From the IMG/VR virus record IMGVR_UViG_3300028832_000130, positions 1-64,000 of that record: a DNA stretch of 64,000 nucleotides. One strand, given 5' to 3'. How positions within the stretch are numbered: the stretch's first letter is position 1; each line of letters starts with the position of its first letter. Below the pieces are notes generated by a model. That model was given only the letters and a program-made list of their open reading frames with translations. It was not told the DNA's origin and searched no databases. This document shows positions 15,542 through 25,284 of the stretch, piece after piece. The translations under genes and the position numbers were made by a program. Source of the DNA: a virus. Its lineage: Duplodnaviria > Caudoviricetes.

Positions 15542-17562
15542 ACATTCGTATTATTCGTCTTGCAATGACGAACTTTAAATGCTTCCGCGAGAAAGAACTG
15601 AATCTCGACAATGACATTGTGACCATCTGTGGACGCAACGGTGCTGGAAAAACCACCATTGCAGATGCTATCCTATTCTGCCTCTTTGGTAAAAATACAG
15701 AAGGACAATCTGACCTGGAACTCTTCAAGACCCGTGAGAATGGTCAGACCATCCACAATCTAGATTGTTCAGTAGAATTGTGCCTATCTATTCTTCGTAA
15801 GACTGATGGCGGTTCCAATTTAAGTGCCGTAAATCTCAAACGCTCAATCAAAGAGGTATGGGTTAAGAAGCGTGGCTCTGAGGAATCAGTTTTTAAGAAC
15901 AATACAGTAGAGTATTTTGTTAATGGTGAGTCTTATACCAAGGCTGACTATGAGAAGTATATCTCAACACTCGTTGATGAACGTGTGTTTCGTGCAATCA
16001 CCAACCCTACATACTTCCCATCTTTAAAATGGCAGGACCAGCGTAATTTTCTTACGGCAATGGTAGGCCCTGTCGAACCGGAATGCTTTGCAGATACAGA
16101 CGAACTTAAAGAACTTGTAGACTACTTCGACCTACACGACGAAGATACAGAGTCGTACATGAAGCATCTCAAATATCAAATCAAGCAGATAAAGGATAAA
16201 CTTGAAAAGATACCTGTACGTTTGGAAGAACAGAATAAAGCTCTTCCAGAACAGCTTGATTGGGATGCGCTCAATATGGGACTCAATAAGGCTCAGTCAG
16301 AACTCAAAGAGGTAGACGAAAAGATTGCCGCTATCCTGCAGGGTGAAGGCGCAGACATTAAGCGCAATGGGTTGGCAGAACAAATCAAGAAACTTGAAGC
16401 CAATCGTAGTGTTATCTACGAAGACGCTGTGCTGCAGAATCTCAACGACTACAAGGACAAACAGAAGAAAGTATCTGATGCTACCCTGAAGTTCAATGAA
16501 GCCCTGAACAATCAGAAACTTATGCAGCAGACAATCGAGGCTGACCAGCGACTGATTGAGCGTTGTAAAGAGACTATTGCAGAGTGCGACAAGATTAGGG
16601 AAGACCTGATTGCCAAGTGGCCACGCGAGAAGTTTACCTACGATCCTGTTTCGACACCGTTCTGTCCTACATGCGGACAGCATCTTCCGGAAGAACAATT
16701 CCAGGCAAAGATTGAGCAGATGCGGACAGACTTTAACATAACCCTTGAAGCTGCCAAGAAATCCATCAATGCGCAAGGTCAGAAGAACAACGAGACAAAG
16801 GCCAAGGCAGAGGAAGAGCTGAAATCATACAAAGAAAAACTGGTGGCTGATACGGAGCAACTTGAAATCATCAAGACAGGTATCAATACCATCTTCGCTG
16901 ATAAAGCAGACATCGAGAAGATTGTTGTCAAGACTGTCGACGAGCTTCTTGCAGAAAGTACAGAGTTTAACGAACTGTCAGCACAGATTGACCAGCTCAA
17001 AGAGCAGCAGTCTTCAATCACTTGCTCTGAGGATAATAACAACATGATTATTGACCTTAAAGCTAATCGTGCTATCATCTACCAAAACTTCTGTACACTC
17101 CAACAGCAACTTGCAACTCGTCAGCAGTACGACCGTATTCTTGCTCTCATTGATGGCATCAAGGAGGAAGAGAAAGAATTGATTAGGCAGCTTTCAGAAC
17201 TGGAGCGTAAGGAAGATGTTGCCCGTCAGTATCAGTTCCGCCAGAACCAGTTACTTGAAGAGCGCATCAACCAACACTTCAAACTCGTTCAATGGAAACT
17301 CTTCAGGACCATTAACAATGGTGGCGATTCCTTTGAAGAACCATTCTGTGAGTGCTATGTGGATGGGGTAGGGTATCACTCCGGACTTAACCAGGCAGCG
17401 CGTCTCAATGCCGGACTCGACATCTGCGAAGCCCTTTGTAAGTTCTACAACGTCTCTGCGCCCATTGTCATTGACAACGCAGAAAGCAACCTCAACATCT
17501 ATCAGACCACAGGCCAGCAGATCAGATTACAAGTATTCGATACAGATTTACAAATAGTATGA
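15538..17562 (+). CDS. Rad50/SbcC-like AAA ATPase with coiled coil and zinc hook
   Basis: Walker A GRNGAGKTT, CPTCG hook and Walker B IVIDNAES. Confidence 0.88.
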   Translation: MNIRIIRLAMTNFKCFREKELNLDNDIVTICGRNGAGKTTIADAILFCLFGKNTEGQSDLELFKTRENGQTIHNLDCSVELCLSILRKTDGGSNLSAVNLKRSIKEVWVKKRGSEESVFKNNTVEYFVNGESYTKADYEKYISTLVDERVFRAITNPTYFPSLKWQDQRNFLTAMVGPVEPECFADTDELKELVDYFDLHDEDTESYMKHLKYQIKQIKDKLEKIPVRLEEQNKALPEQLDWDALNMGLNKAQSELKEVDEKIAAILQGEGADIKRNGLAEQIKKLEANRSVIYEDAVLQNLNDYKDKQKKVSDATLKFNEALNNQKLMQQTIEADQRLIERCKETIAECDKIREDLIAKWPREKFTYDPVSTPFCPTCGQHLPEEQFQAKIEQMRTDFNITLEAAKKSINAQGQKNNETKAKAEEELKSYKEKLVADTEQLEIIKTGINTIFADKADIEKIVVKTVDELLAESTEFNELSAQIDQLKEQQSSITCSEDNNNMIIDLKANRAIIYQNFCTLQQQLATRQQYDRILALIDGIKEEEKELIRQLSELERKEDVARQYQFRQNQLLEERINQHFKLVQWKLFRTINNGGDSFEEPFCECYVDGVGYHSGLNQAARLNAGLDICEALCKFYNVSAPIVIDNAESNLNIYQTTGQQIRLQVFDTDLQIV

Positions 17563-17840
17563 AAAATCAATTTCTAAAAGACATTGATAAGTGGGGATAT
17601 GTTTTAAATCAAGCAGATATTGGTGACAGGATATCAATAAACGGCGTTTGGGTTATTGTTGAAGAAGATAAAGATGGTGGTTATTGTAATGAGTGCGCAT
17701 TTAACGACAAAAAAGATGCTTGCCTTTTATCTGATGCAAATTGTGTAACCCCTTGCTCAATATTCAACAACAAACTTGGTAAAAGTTTAATTTTCAAATG
17801 GCTAAGTCCAATAAACAATTTTATAAAAGAAAACAAATAA
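17559..17840 (+). CDS. Hypothetical Cys-containing protein
   Basis: ORF track; CNECAF...C...C. Confidence 0.6.
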   Translation: MKNQFLKDIDKWGYVLNQADIGDRISINGVWVIVEEDKDGGYCNECAFNDKKDACLLSDANCVTPCSIFNNKLGKSLIFKWLSPINNFIKENK

Positions 17841-17842
17841 TT

Positions 17843-18736
17843 ATGGAACAGAACAAAACAACAGCAGTAACACAAGTTACTAAAAAGCAGGAAGTAATCC
17901 TCGCTTTCAACAAGGTTGTCAATGGTGGCTACATTCAGAATCAGCTCTCAAATATCATGGGCAAGAACGCAGGTTCTTTCACATCATCCATGATTGAACT
18001 CTTCTCCCAGGACTCTAACCTGCAGGAGTGCGACCCAAAGGCAGTAGTCATGGAGGCTATGAAGGCAGCAGCACTTCACCTGCCCCTCTCCAAATCGCTT
18101 GGCCGTGCCTACGTCCTCCCGTTCAAGAACAAGGGTGTAGCCACCCCGACATTCGTAATCGGGTGGAAAGGACTGATTGACCTTGCAGTACGTACAGGCC
18201 AGTATGAGACTATCAATGCTGTCTGCATCTATAAAGGCGAAATGACCGGGCAGGACAAACTCTCTGGCTTCATCAGCCTTGACGGTATGCGTGAGTCTAA
18301 CGAGGTGGTAGGCTACCTTGGCTATTTCAAGCTGACTACTGGCTTCAAGAAAATGGTCTTCATGACCGTCGAACAGATGGCACACTACGGCAAAACCTAT
18401 GCCCCAACATTGAAGTTCAGCAAGGTAACAGAAGATGAACTTATCAAGAAGGCGCAAGAGCAGTCGGAACATGGCCCGCAGGCAGGTGCTATAGGTTGGT
18501 TCGGTGATTTCAATGCTATGGCGCTGAAGACAGTAGTCCGTAAGGTACTCTCTTGGGGCCCGATGTCTATTGAGTTGCAAAACGCTATTGCCAACGATGA
18601 AGACATTCAAGACGCAGAGGCCATCCGTGACGAAGAGAATTCCGAACCTCGTACAGTTATTAATGCAGAAGCGGTCATTCATCCGGTAGAAGAACAGGAA
18701 CAAACACAGGAACCAGAAGATAAGCCCAATTTCTGA
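17843..18736 (+). CDS. recT: RecT-family single-strand annealing protein
   Basis: LQECDPKAV...AAALHLPL...GRAYVLPF...IGWKGLIDLAVRTGQY...MALKTVVRKVL. Confidence 0.9.
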   Translation: MEQNKTTAVTQVTKKQEVILAFNKVVNGGYIQNQLSNIMGKNAGSFTSSMIELFSQDSNLQECDPKAVVMEAMKAAALHLPLSKSLGRAYVLPFKNKGVATPTFVIGWKGLIDLAVRTGQYETINAVCIYKGEMTGQDKLSGFISLDGMRESNEVVGYLGYFKLTTGFKKMVFMTVEQMAHYGKTYAPTLKFSKVTEDELIKKAQEQSEHGPQAGAIGWFGDFNAMALKTVVRKVLSWGPMSIELQNAIANDEDIQDAEAIRDEENSEPRTVINAEAVIHPVEEQEQTQEPEDKPNF

Positions 18737-18747
18737 TGTAATGTAAT

Positions 18748-18818
18748 CTCACGTGCTGGGGTGGTGTTGGTTTACGTGAGGCCATCGCTGACGAGCGATA
18801 AAGGCACCATCCTTTTTT
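18748..18818 (+). terminator. Terminator/pseudoknot-capable structure after recT
   Basis: CTCACGT/ACGTGAG stem crosses a GGGTGGTG/CACCATCC stem; inner ATCGC/GCGAT hairpin; T6 tract. Confidence 0.5.
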
Positions 18819-18819
18819 A

Positions 18820-19179
18820 ATGACATGGGACACGAAGATGAAACAGAACAAGGAAATCAAGGTAGGTGATAGGATATGGCTTAACTGCCCATGTCTTAAC
18901 CAAGACTCTTACTATACTGTTAAGAGTGTTAAGAAAGAAAAGACGTGTGTGTCGGTTGTAGTTACTTATAAAGATTATAAAGGTAAGGAACGCGAGATAA
19001 ATATGTATGGACATTCGTCTAGCTGCATCTTATCTGGATATGACAGAGGGTATAGAAACTATGAAATATCTTATACCTGTGAGTATGAAATTATAAAAAG
19101 TCAAACCGTTAAATACGACAGCAATCAGAAGTACATTGATGCAGGGCGTGCTCTGTTGAATGTAGCGAAATATTTTTAA
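18820..19179 (+). CDS. Hypothetical protein
   Basis: ORF track. Confidence 0.65.
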   Translation: MTWDTKMKQNKEIKVGDRIWLNCPCLNQDSYYTVKSVKKEKTCVSVVVTYKDYKGKEREINMYGHSSSCILSGYDRGYRNYEISYTCEYEIIKSQTVKYDSNQKYIDAGRALLNVAKYF

Positions 19180-19186
19180 TAGAATC

Positions 19187-19348
19187 ATGGCAAGCAAATA
19201 CGTAGAGCTGAAATGCGGACGATGCCTAAACCGTCGTGCATTTCTTTCAAGCAAACAGGGCAAGTTCTGTACTGAAATGCAAAAGTCAGACGAAGAAACC
19301 TGCCCTAAGTTCAAACTAGATAAAAATAGCACTGGTTATGAAGCTTAA
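19187..19348 (+). CDS. Small Cys-rich (zinc-finger-like) protein, 53 aa
   Basis: MASKYVELKCGRCLNRRAFLSSKQGKFCTEMQKSDEETCPKFKL... Confidence 0.55.
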   Translation: MASKYVELKCGRCLNRRAFLSSKQGKFCTEMQKSDEETCPKFKLDKNSTGYEA

Positions 19349-20066
19349 TGTTGTTAATTCCAATTCCTCCGGCAACTCATACGCTCTTGATACTGGCGAA
19401 GAGATATTGCTGATAGAAGCAGGGTGCAAGATGGCAGATGTAAAGAAAGCCATTGATTACCGTCTAGCAGATGTTGTTGGCTGTATAGTCACCCATTGTC
19501 ACGGAGACCATGCCAAGTATGCCACCGAATACGCTAAGTTTGGTGTGCAGGTATACGGCCCAGAAGATATAGCAAAAAAGAAGGACTTTCCATTTGGCAA
19601 GTTCACGTCACTTACTGAGTCCATCACTAAGAAGATAGGCACATTTTCTGTTACTCCATTTGTCAATCATCATGACGTACCCATCTTTGGCTACCTCATT
19701 TATCACAAAGACCTAGGAGTAATGTTGTTCTCCACTGATAGCTATAAGATTGACATGGCTCTGACTGGTATCAACCACTTCCTTATCGAAGCCAACTACT
19801 CCGACGATATCATCAAGGAGAATTTCAAAAACGGAAAACTTGACAAACATCAGATTGACCGTATCATGCTTTCGCATATGTCACTTGACTACTGCATCAA
19901 GTATCTCCGTGATTGCAGTGCCGACAGAACAGCAAAGACTATCACGCTTTGCCACTTGTCAGAACGTAACTCAGACCCGAAAATCTTTCATGATGCAGTT
20001 GCTGGTGCCTTTGCAGTACCTACATTCATAGCACAAAAAGGATTAGTTGTTGAACTAAACAAATAG
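19338..20066 (+). CDS. MBL-fold metallo-hydrolase (exonuclease partner of RecT)
   Basis: THCHGDHA (HxHxDH), FSTD, IEANYS and LCHLS motifs. Confidence 0.9.
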   Translation: MKLNVVNSNSSGNSYALDTGEEILLIEAGCKMADVKKAIDYRLADVVGCIVTHCHGDHAKYATEYAKFGVQVYGPEDIAKKKDFPFGKFTSLTESITKKIGTFSVTPFVNHHDVPIFGYLIYHKDLGVMLFSTDSYKIDMALTGINHFLIEANYSDDIIKENFKNGKLDKHQIDRIMLSHMSLDYCIKYLRDCSADRTAKTITLCHLSERNSDPKIFHDAVAGAFAVPTFIAQKGLVVELNK

Positions 20067-20069
20067 CTT

Positions 20070-20507
20070 ATGGCACGTTTCAGACCAAATGACCCTCGCG
20101 AATACCTTGTTTGTTTGGAGCTTATTAACAGAGCAAGAGAGTACAATAAGGAGGTGGAACTAAAATACTATCATCCAAAACGTTCCAACAAACAGAACGC
20201 TTACTTATATTTCTGCTTGCAATGGTTCGCTCACGAATACAACTGCACAGTAGTTGAGGCAAAAGAGGTGTTCTTAAAACGTATTGCGGCACCACACATC
20301 TTTGAACGTGAGTTGCAGGTTGGAAACGATACGATAAAATACTATCGCTCTACTTCTGACCTCGATACCGTAGAAATGATGTCTGCCATTGAAAACTTCC
20401 GCTCATACGCAGACATGAATGGTCACCCAATACCAGATGCTAACGATGATGAGTCAATAAGATATTGTGAACGTGAAATAGAAAAAACGCAAAGCTATGG
20501 AACGTGA
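20070..20507 (+). CDS. ninB: NinB-like recombination protein
   Basis: KRSNKQNAYL...RSTSDLDTVEMMSAIENF pattern. Confidence 0.6.
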   Translation: MARFRPNDPREYLVCLELINRAREYNKEVELKYYHPKRSNKQNAYLYFCLQWFAHEYNCTVVEAKEVFLKRIAAPHIFERELQVGNDTIKYYRSTSDLDTVEMMSAIENFRSYADMNGHPIPDANDDESIRYCEREIEKTQSYGT

Positions 20508-20664
20508 GGATATTGAACGTCTTAAATCACAGATGGCTCCAGTACTTGAAGCAGGTCGTAGAAGTTTTGGCAAAGAAGCGTATGATAATCATATCAAAGA
20601 CATATTACGATACTTTGATTATGATGTAAACGACCCAATCGTTAAAGAAATATTTGACATATAA
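20497..20664 (+). CDS. Hypothetical 55-aa protein
   Basis: MEREDIERLKSQMAPVLEAGRRSFGKEAYDNHIKDILRYFDYDVNDPIVKEIFDI. Confidence 0.5.
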   Translation: MEREDIERLKSQMAPVLEAGRRSFGKEAYDNHIKDILRYFDYDVNDPIVKEIFDI

Positions 20665-20677
20665 ATAAGTTATAACA

Positions 20678-21058
20678 ATGGAACTAACAGGAAAATGTAT
20701 AGCAGTACTCCCAATGCGTTCTGGAGTATCGCAGAAAAACGGCAACCCTTGGGCTTCACAAGAATACGTTATCGAAGTGCCAGGACAGTACCCAAAGCGA
20801 ATGGTCTTTAACGTCTTTGGTGAAGACCGCATCAAACAGTTTAATATTCAGTTGGGCTACACCTACAAGGTGGAGTTTGATATTGATGCCAACGAGTATC
20901 AGGGCAAGTGGTATAACAAAATCAATGCCTGGAACGTCACCTGTGCCGACATCGTTCAGCCCGCACCCGCTCAGCCAGTTGCTGCACCACAGCAATCTGT
21001 CTCACCCTTCCCACCAGAGCAACCAGCACCAAGCGATAACGACGATCTTCCATTCTAA
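20678..21058 (+). CDS. DUF3127-family OB-fold ssDNA-binding-like protein
   Basis: MELTGKCIAVLP..SG...W..QEYVIE..GQYPK...FDIDANEYQGKWY; acidic tail DDLPF. Confidence 0.85.
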   Translation: MELTGKCIAVLPMRSGVSQKNGNPWASQEYVIEVPGQYPKRMVFNVFGEDRIKQFNIQLGYTYKVEFDIDANEYQGKWYNKINAWNVTCADIVQPAPAQPVAAPQQSVSPFPPEQPAPSDNDDLPF

Positions 21059-21070
21059 ATATAAAAGACT

Positions 21071-21325
21071 ATGGATAAAGAAGATTTTAAAATAGTAAAT
21101 AATGCGGCCGGTAACCTAGACATTATAAGTAGGGCTATTTCTACACTACAAAATTCTAATGAGCTATACTTTATCACAGATTACAGCATCATGAATCGCT
21201 TCGACACTAGAGACGCAATAAAAATTCCACAATGCTTAATCGACGAATTTAAGGATAGGCTCATTGCTTACTATGCGGAAAGATATAATGTTATTGTTGA
21301 GGACTTAAAGAAAGTGACGTTATGA
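21071..21325 (+). CDS. Hypothetical protein
   Basis: ORF track. Confidence 0.65.
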   Translation: MDKEDFKIVNNAAGNLDIISRAISTLQNSNELYFITDYSIMNRFDTRDAIKIPQCLIDEFKDRLIAYYAERYNVIVEDLKKVTL

Positions 21326-21942
21326 ATCAAGAGCAAATAAACCAAGCCTTTGAAGGCAGATGGCGAATCAAGGGCAAGTATATTGAGGATGGTATAATCC
21401 TCTTCAATAGTAAGGAAGGTGTTGCAGAAGCCATCAAAGGCCTCTGCCGTGACTTTTTCACTGCCGGTATTATGATTGGCGACAAAAGCTGCATTTCCAA
21501 TCCGCTAGACACCATCGTAATTGTAGACACCGACAAGTTAGTAAATGTCTTATCAGATGCAGAAGCCCTAAAGATGCAGCATGACATACTGAACAACCAC
21601 GATACCCACAACAATCAGAAGACTTCCTTTGATATGTGGTGGGATATGTACGACCTCAAATGTAATCGAGGCGGATGCGAAAAGAAGTGGAACAAAATGA
21701 CTGCAGCAGAGAAGTATGCTTGTGTAGCCGCCACTCCTGCATATGTAGCATCCACTCCAGAGAAACAATATCGTAAGCGTCCTCTTACTTTCTTAAATCA
21801 AAAAGCTTGGCAAGATGAAATCATTATCCGAAACAATCCCGACAGTCAACGGCAGCAACGCCTTACAGCCTCAGCAGAACTTGTCGCCCGATATGCAGCA
21901 GAAGGCAATAGTCCTCAAAGCGAAGTACCCGAAGCTGACTGA
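21322..21942 (+). CDS. Replication-initiator-like protein (C-terminal FxxWWxxY...PxTFLNQxxW domain)
   Basis: FDMWWDMYDLK...KKWNKM...RKRPLTFLNQKAWQDEI. Confidence 0.6.
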   Translation: MNQEQINQAFEGRWRIKGKYIEDGIILFNSKEGVAEAIKGLCRDFFTAGIMIGDKSCISNPLDTIVIVDTDKLVNVLSDAEALKMQHDILNNHDTHNNQKTSFDMWWDMYDLKCNRGGCEKKWNKMTAAEKYACVAATPAYVASTPEKQYRKRPLTFLNQKAWQDEIIIRNNPDSQRQQRLTASAELVARYAAEGNSPQSEVPEAD

Positions 21943-22483
21943 CCTCTGTGTGGCTTACCATCCAGATAAGGCTACACAGTTCTCGCACTATCCTACCCGC
22001 TGCATCACTGGCGAGTCACCTACGCTGATAGATGTCAATCTGACATACTACAATACGTCTTCTATCGTATGGCTCATAGCCCAGCTTACCAGCCTACAGG
22101 AACAGCTCAACGTTCCAAACAAAATGACCGTCTATCAGATTGATGCCTGCGCACAAATCATTACTGAACGGTACGGCTATCTCAAACTCTCTGAAATCAT
22201 GCTGTTCTTTGCTCGTCTCAAAGGTGGACTATATAACGTTGACTGGCATGGGTATATCACACCGGACAAGTTGGTTACTGCGCTCCGCGAACACTTCATA
22301 CCCTATCGTAACGACCTACTCCACAAGATAGAGAAAGACCGCAAGGAAAGAGAGCAAAAGAAGCAAAGAAACGCTCACGATGTTATGACCCATCAAGAAT
22401 GGATAGAAATAAAGATTATCACTGCCATGTACAACTCTGACTACATGGTAACACAAAACGACTTTGAATTGCTAGCATTATGA
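21815..22483 (+). CDS. Helicase-loader/replication accessory-like protein
   Basis: Position after the initiator-like gene; YLKLSEIMLFFARLKGGLY pattern. Function is inferred. Confidence 0.55.
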   Translation: MKSLSETIPTVNGSNALQPQQNLSPDMQQKAIVLKAKYPKLTDLCVAYHPDKATQFSHYPTRCITGESPTLIDVNLTYYNTSSIVWLIAQLTSLQEQLNVPNKMTVYQIDACAQIITERYGYLKLSEIMLFFARLKGGLYNVDWHGYITPDKLVTALREHFIPYRNDLLHKIEKDRKEREQKKQRNAHDVMTHQEWIEIKIITAMYNSDYMVTQNDFELLAL

Positions 22484-22671
22484 CCGAAGAACAGTTTACC
22501 ACACAAAGCGCCAAGCTCGTCAACGAGTTCTGGTTTTTAAAATCAAAACGCCTATTCCTTTCTGCCAAGGCTCGCATCCGCAAGATCGCTGACCTCGACT
22601 ATCAGCACAAAGGCATAGACCGCGAAGTTACAAAACAGAAGTTCAACTACGACAAAATTAAGACAGAGTAG
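22480..22671 (+). CDS. Hypothetical protein
   Basis: ORF track. Confidence 0.65.
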   Translation: MTEEQFTTQSAKLVNEFWFLKSKRLFLSAKARIRKIADLDYQHKGIDREVTKQKFNYDKIKTE

Positions 22672-22673
22672 CT

Positions 22674-22887
22674 ATGCAAAAACCATTATTACTAGACATT
22701 ATTCTTCCTAACGACAAGTTTCTTTGTCAGTTGGCTTATCGAGGTAGGCCAAAGATGATGATAAAAAAGTGATAGAGGCAAGATGCCTGTCTATGATGCA
22801 GAGGACTTGAAAGATTTTGTTCTAAAGAAGCGTCCTACGCTAAAACATGTTGATTTCAGAATCGAACTAACAGACAGAAGACTATGA
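22674..22887 (+). pseudogene. Small gene frameshifted at an A6 run
   Basis: Removing one A from 22763-22768 gives one continuous ORF (MQKPLLLDIILPNDKFLCQLAY...DLKDFVLKKRPTLKHVDFRIEL...) whose stop is ATGA-coupled to 22884. Confidence 0.55.
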
Positions 22888-23120
22888 AAAAAATTATCCT
22901 ATTAGCACTTACAGCCTTGATGATGGTGGGGTGCAATTATACACCAACAGACCACACTACAAGCGATGGAAAACAAGTTGTGCTTATTGATTCATGTGAG
23001 TATATAAAATATTCAAATGGAACTGGAGCACACTATTCTCACAAAGGCAACTGTCGTTTCTGCAAAGAACGCAGACAAAAGGAACAGGAAGAGTTGGTAA
23101 TTAAGTTAAAGAAGAAATAA
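22884..23120 (+). CDS. Lipoprotein
   Basis: MKKIILLALTALMMVG-C lipobox. Confidence 0.75.
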   Translation: MKKIILLALTALMMVGCNYTPTDHTTSDGKQVVLIDSCEYIKYSNGTGAHYSHKGNCRFCKERRQKEQEELVIKLKKK

Positions 23121-23122
23121 CT

Positions 23123-23365
23123 ATGGCTACAAAAGAAGAAATATTAAGTACATTTGATAGCGAAGAAGGTGCTTGGTGGGCTTACAAAGATGGCATACAA
23201 ACAGGTTATAACGAAGCATTTAATTCTTTAAGGAATCAGGCAGCAATAGCAGCTATGCAAGGAGTAATGAACTTTTTCGGCTCTATTGACTACAACAAGG
23301 AGACTATTGCTAAGTTGGCTGTTGAGCAGGCGGATGCGTTAATTGAAGCACTTAAAAAGAAATAA
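23123..23365 (+). CDS. Hypothetical protein
   Basis: ORF track; AAIAAMQG...AVEQADALIEALKK helical motif. Confidence 0.7.
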   Translation: MATKEEILSTFDSEEGAWWAYKDGIQTGYNEAFNSLRNQAAIAAMQGVMNFFGSIDYNKETIAKLAVEQADALIEALKKK

Positions 23366-23367
23366 CT

Positions 23368-23754
23368 ATGGCAATAATAAGTGAAGACTATTGTGATTTT
23401 GAAACAGCAAAATTATTGAAGGAAAAAGGTTTTAACCAAAACTGTGCTACTTATTATCTTGATGGGCAGGTTTGGCGTCATTATCATGGTGAAGTAATCC
23501 CTAAAGGTAAGCAAATATATGCTGCCCCTACTCAATCTACGGCAATGAAGTGGTTGAGAGAAGTGCATGGATTACATATATCACTTGAACCATGTTATGA
23601 CTATGACTCAATGCATGTTATTTTTCTTGCTTTTATACAGAATGTAGCAGATGTGCATGAGTTTATGGATGGTAGAAAGAATGTAGCCTCTCATCCTAAT
23701 ACTGAAAAATGTTGTGAGTTAGCAATAAAGTATTGTCTTGAAAATTTAATTTGA
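23368..23754 (+). CDS. Hypothetical phage protein
   Basis: EDYCDFETAKLLKEKGF...APTQSTAMKWLRE pattern. Confidence 0.75.
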   Translation: MAIISEDYCDFETAKLLKEKGFNQNCATYYLDGQVWRHYHGEVIPKGKQIYAAPTQSTAMKWLREVHGLHISLEPCYDYDSMHVIFLAFIQNVADVHEFMDGRKNVASHPNTEKCCELAIKYCLENLI

Positions 23755-23760
23755 ATAACT

Positions 23761-24162
23761 ATGGCAACAATTAAATCATACACAGACATCTCTCAGAGCA
23801 AGACTTTGAGTAAGATACTGCCACTTGAAAGTGCGGATATGTACTATGACATTACCGCATCAGATATTGACGGAGAAAAAGCCGTCGCAGAAGTATTGCA
23901 TAGAAAACTTACAAAAAATGACTGTGAGGTGGTCGACCCATGCTGGTCGCTTGCAAGTTTGCTTGAACAGCTACCCTATGAGTTGTGTGATGATGACGGT
24001 AATTCTGTCTACTTAGAAATTAATAAAGAAGACGATTTATACCAACTTGTATATACAGACCCTTACGGTGATTTTAAAAGTATAGAAACCGATAGGTATG
24101 AGCATTTTGTTGATGCTTGCTACGAACTTATACTAAAGTTACATGAACTTAAACTTTTGTGA
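23761..24162 (+). CDS. Hypothetical phage protein
   Basis: ORF track. Confidence 0.75.
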   Translation: MATIKSYTDISQSKTLSKILPLESADMYYDITASDIDGEKAVAEVLHRKLTKNDCEVVDPCWSLASLLEQLPYELCDDDGNSVYLEINKEDDLYQLVYTDPYGDFKSIETDRYEHFVDACYELILKLHELKLL

Positions 24163-24279
24163 TTATAGACTACGATGAAAGATATTATTCGTAAACTTGG
24201 TGAGTACATAAATAACCACACCTGTAAACCTTTAGAGAATATATACTATTTCTTATGTTGGATTTATTATAGATAATTT

Positions 24280-25284
24280 ATGGACTACGAAAAAGAATAC
24301 AAGGATGCTCTTAAAAGAGCAAAAGAATTTATGAGTGTAAGAGGTGTATCGCCTTATGAAGATGCCCTTGAATGTGCTAAAGAGCTATCTGAAACTATCT
24401 TCCCTCAGCTTGCTGAAAGCGAGGACGAGAAAGTAAGGAAAGCTCTCATTGAAATGGTGCATGACACTACTGGTGATAGTCTTTGGATAGATTATAATGT
24501 TCACAAAGAAGATGCTCTTGCTTGGCTTGAAAAGCAAGGTGAGCAGAATAATGACAAAATAGTAGAAAAAGCAAAAACTGAGAAACAAAGAGTTTTGCTT
24601 ACAGAAACAGACGGTAGTGCTAATATAGATTGGGATTGTCGTAGTCTTGATGATGTAAAAACTTTGCTGAAATGTGGATTAGAGTTCATTCGCACTATCG
24701 AAATCAACAAACAGATACTAGCCGACAACAGATTTGGTGGGTGCTCTATTCGTGTCCCCACAAGGTATGACAAAGGCATAAAGCAAGTTAAGCAGATACC
24801 TGCTGATAAGGTTGAACCAAAGTTTAAGGAAGGAAATTGGTATCAATGTACTAAAGACTTCTTTGGTAAAGGTGTTACTTTTGACAAGAATACTGCATAT
24901 TATTGCGCAAAAGAAGGGTGTTTACAAAATGAATATGGATGTCACATAGCAATCGTTAAAGATTTGTATGATAATTTCAAATTGTGGACTATCCAAGATG
25001 CAAAGGATGGCGATGTGCTTGCTACGGAAGGGTTTGTGTTTATATTTAAAGAAATCAGAGAGGACAAAGGTGTTGGTTATTTCTGTGCAAATGAAAACGC
25101 GCTGCATGAAGGTGATGATAACACATTTCATATTGCTAACCCAAACTCTCTTATGGGTAGTATTAATAATGATTTCACACATTATACACCAGCAACCAAA
25201 GAACAGCGTGATACTCTTGAAAAGGCTATAACTAATGCTGGTTACAGATGGGATAAAGAAAAACTTAAATTGGAAAAAGTATGA
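24280..25284 (+). CDS. Mosaic repeat-module protein (ESEDE..., AKDGDV...GYRWD)
   Basis: ORF track; shares modules with 14270..15541 and 26066..26749. Confidence 0.8.
   Translation: MDYEKEYKDALKRAKEFMSVRGVSPYEDALECAKELSETIFPQLAESEDEKVRKALIEMVHDTTGDSLWIDYNVHKEDALAWLEKQGEQNNDKIVEKAKTEKQRVLLTETDGSANIDWDCRSLDDVKTLLKCGLEFIRTIEINKQILADNRFGGCSIRVPTRYDKGIKQVKQIPADKVEPKFKEGNWYQCTKDFFGKGVTFDKNTAYYCAKEGCLQNEYGCHIAIVKDLYDNFKLWTIQDAKDGDVLATEGFVFIFKEIREDKGVGYFCANENALHEGDDNTFHIANPNSLMGSINNDFTHYTPATKEQRDTLEKAITNAGYRWDKEKLKLEKV

Noticed and set aside
18788-18805. Hammerhead ribozyme (CTGACGA core)
   Set aside because: No GAAA core segment or stem II/III arrangement follows. An HDV-like fold also fails because P3/L3 is missing.
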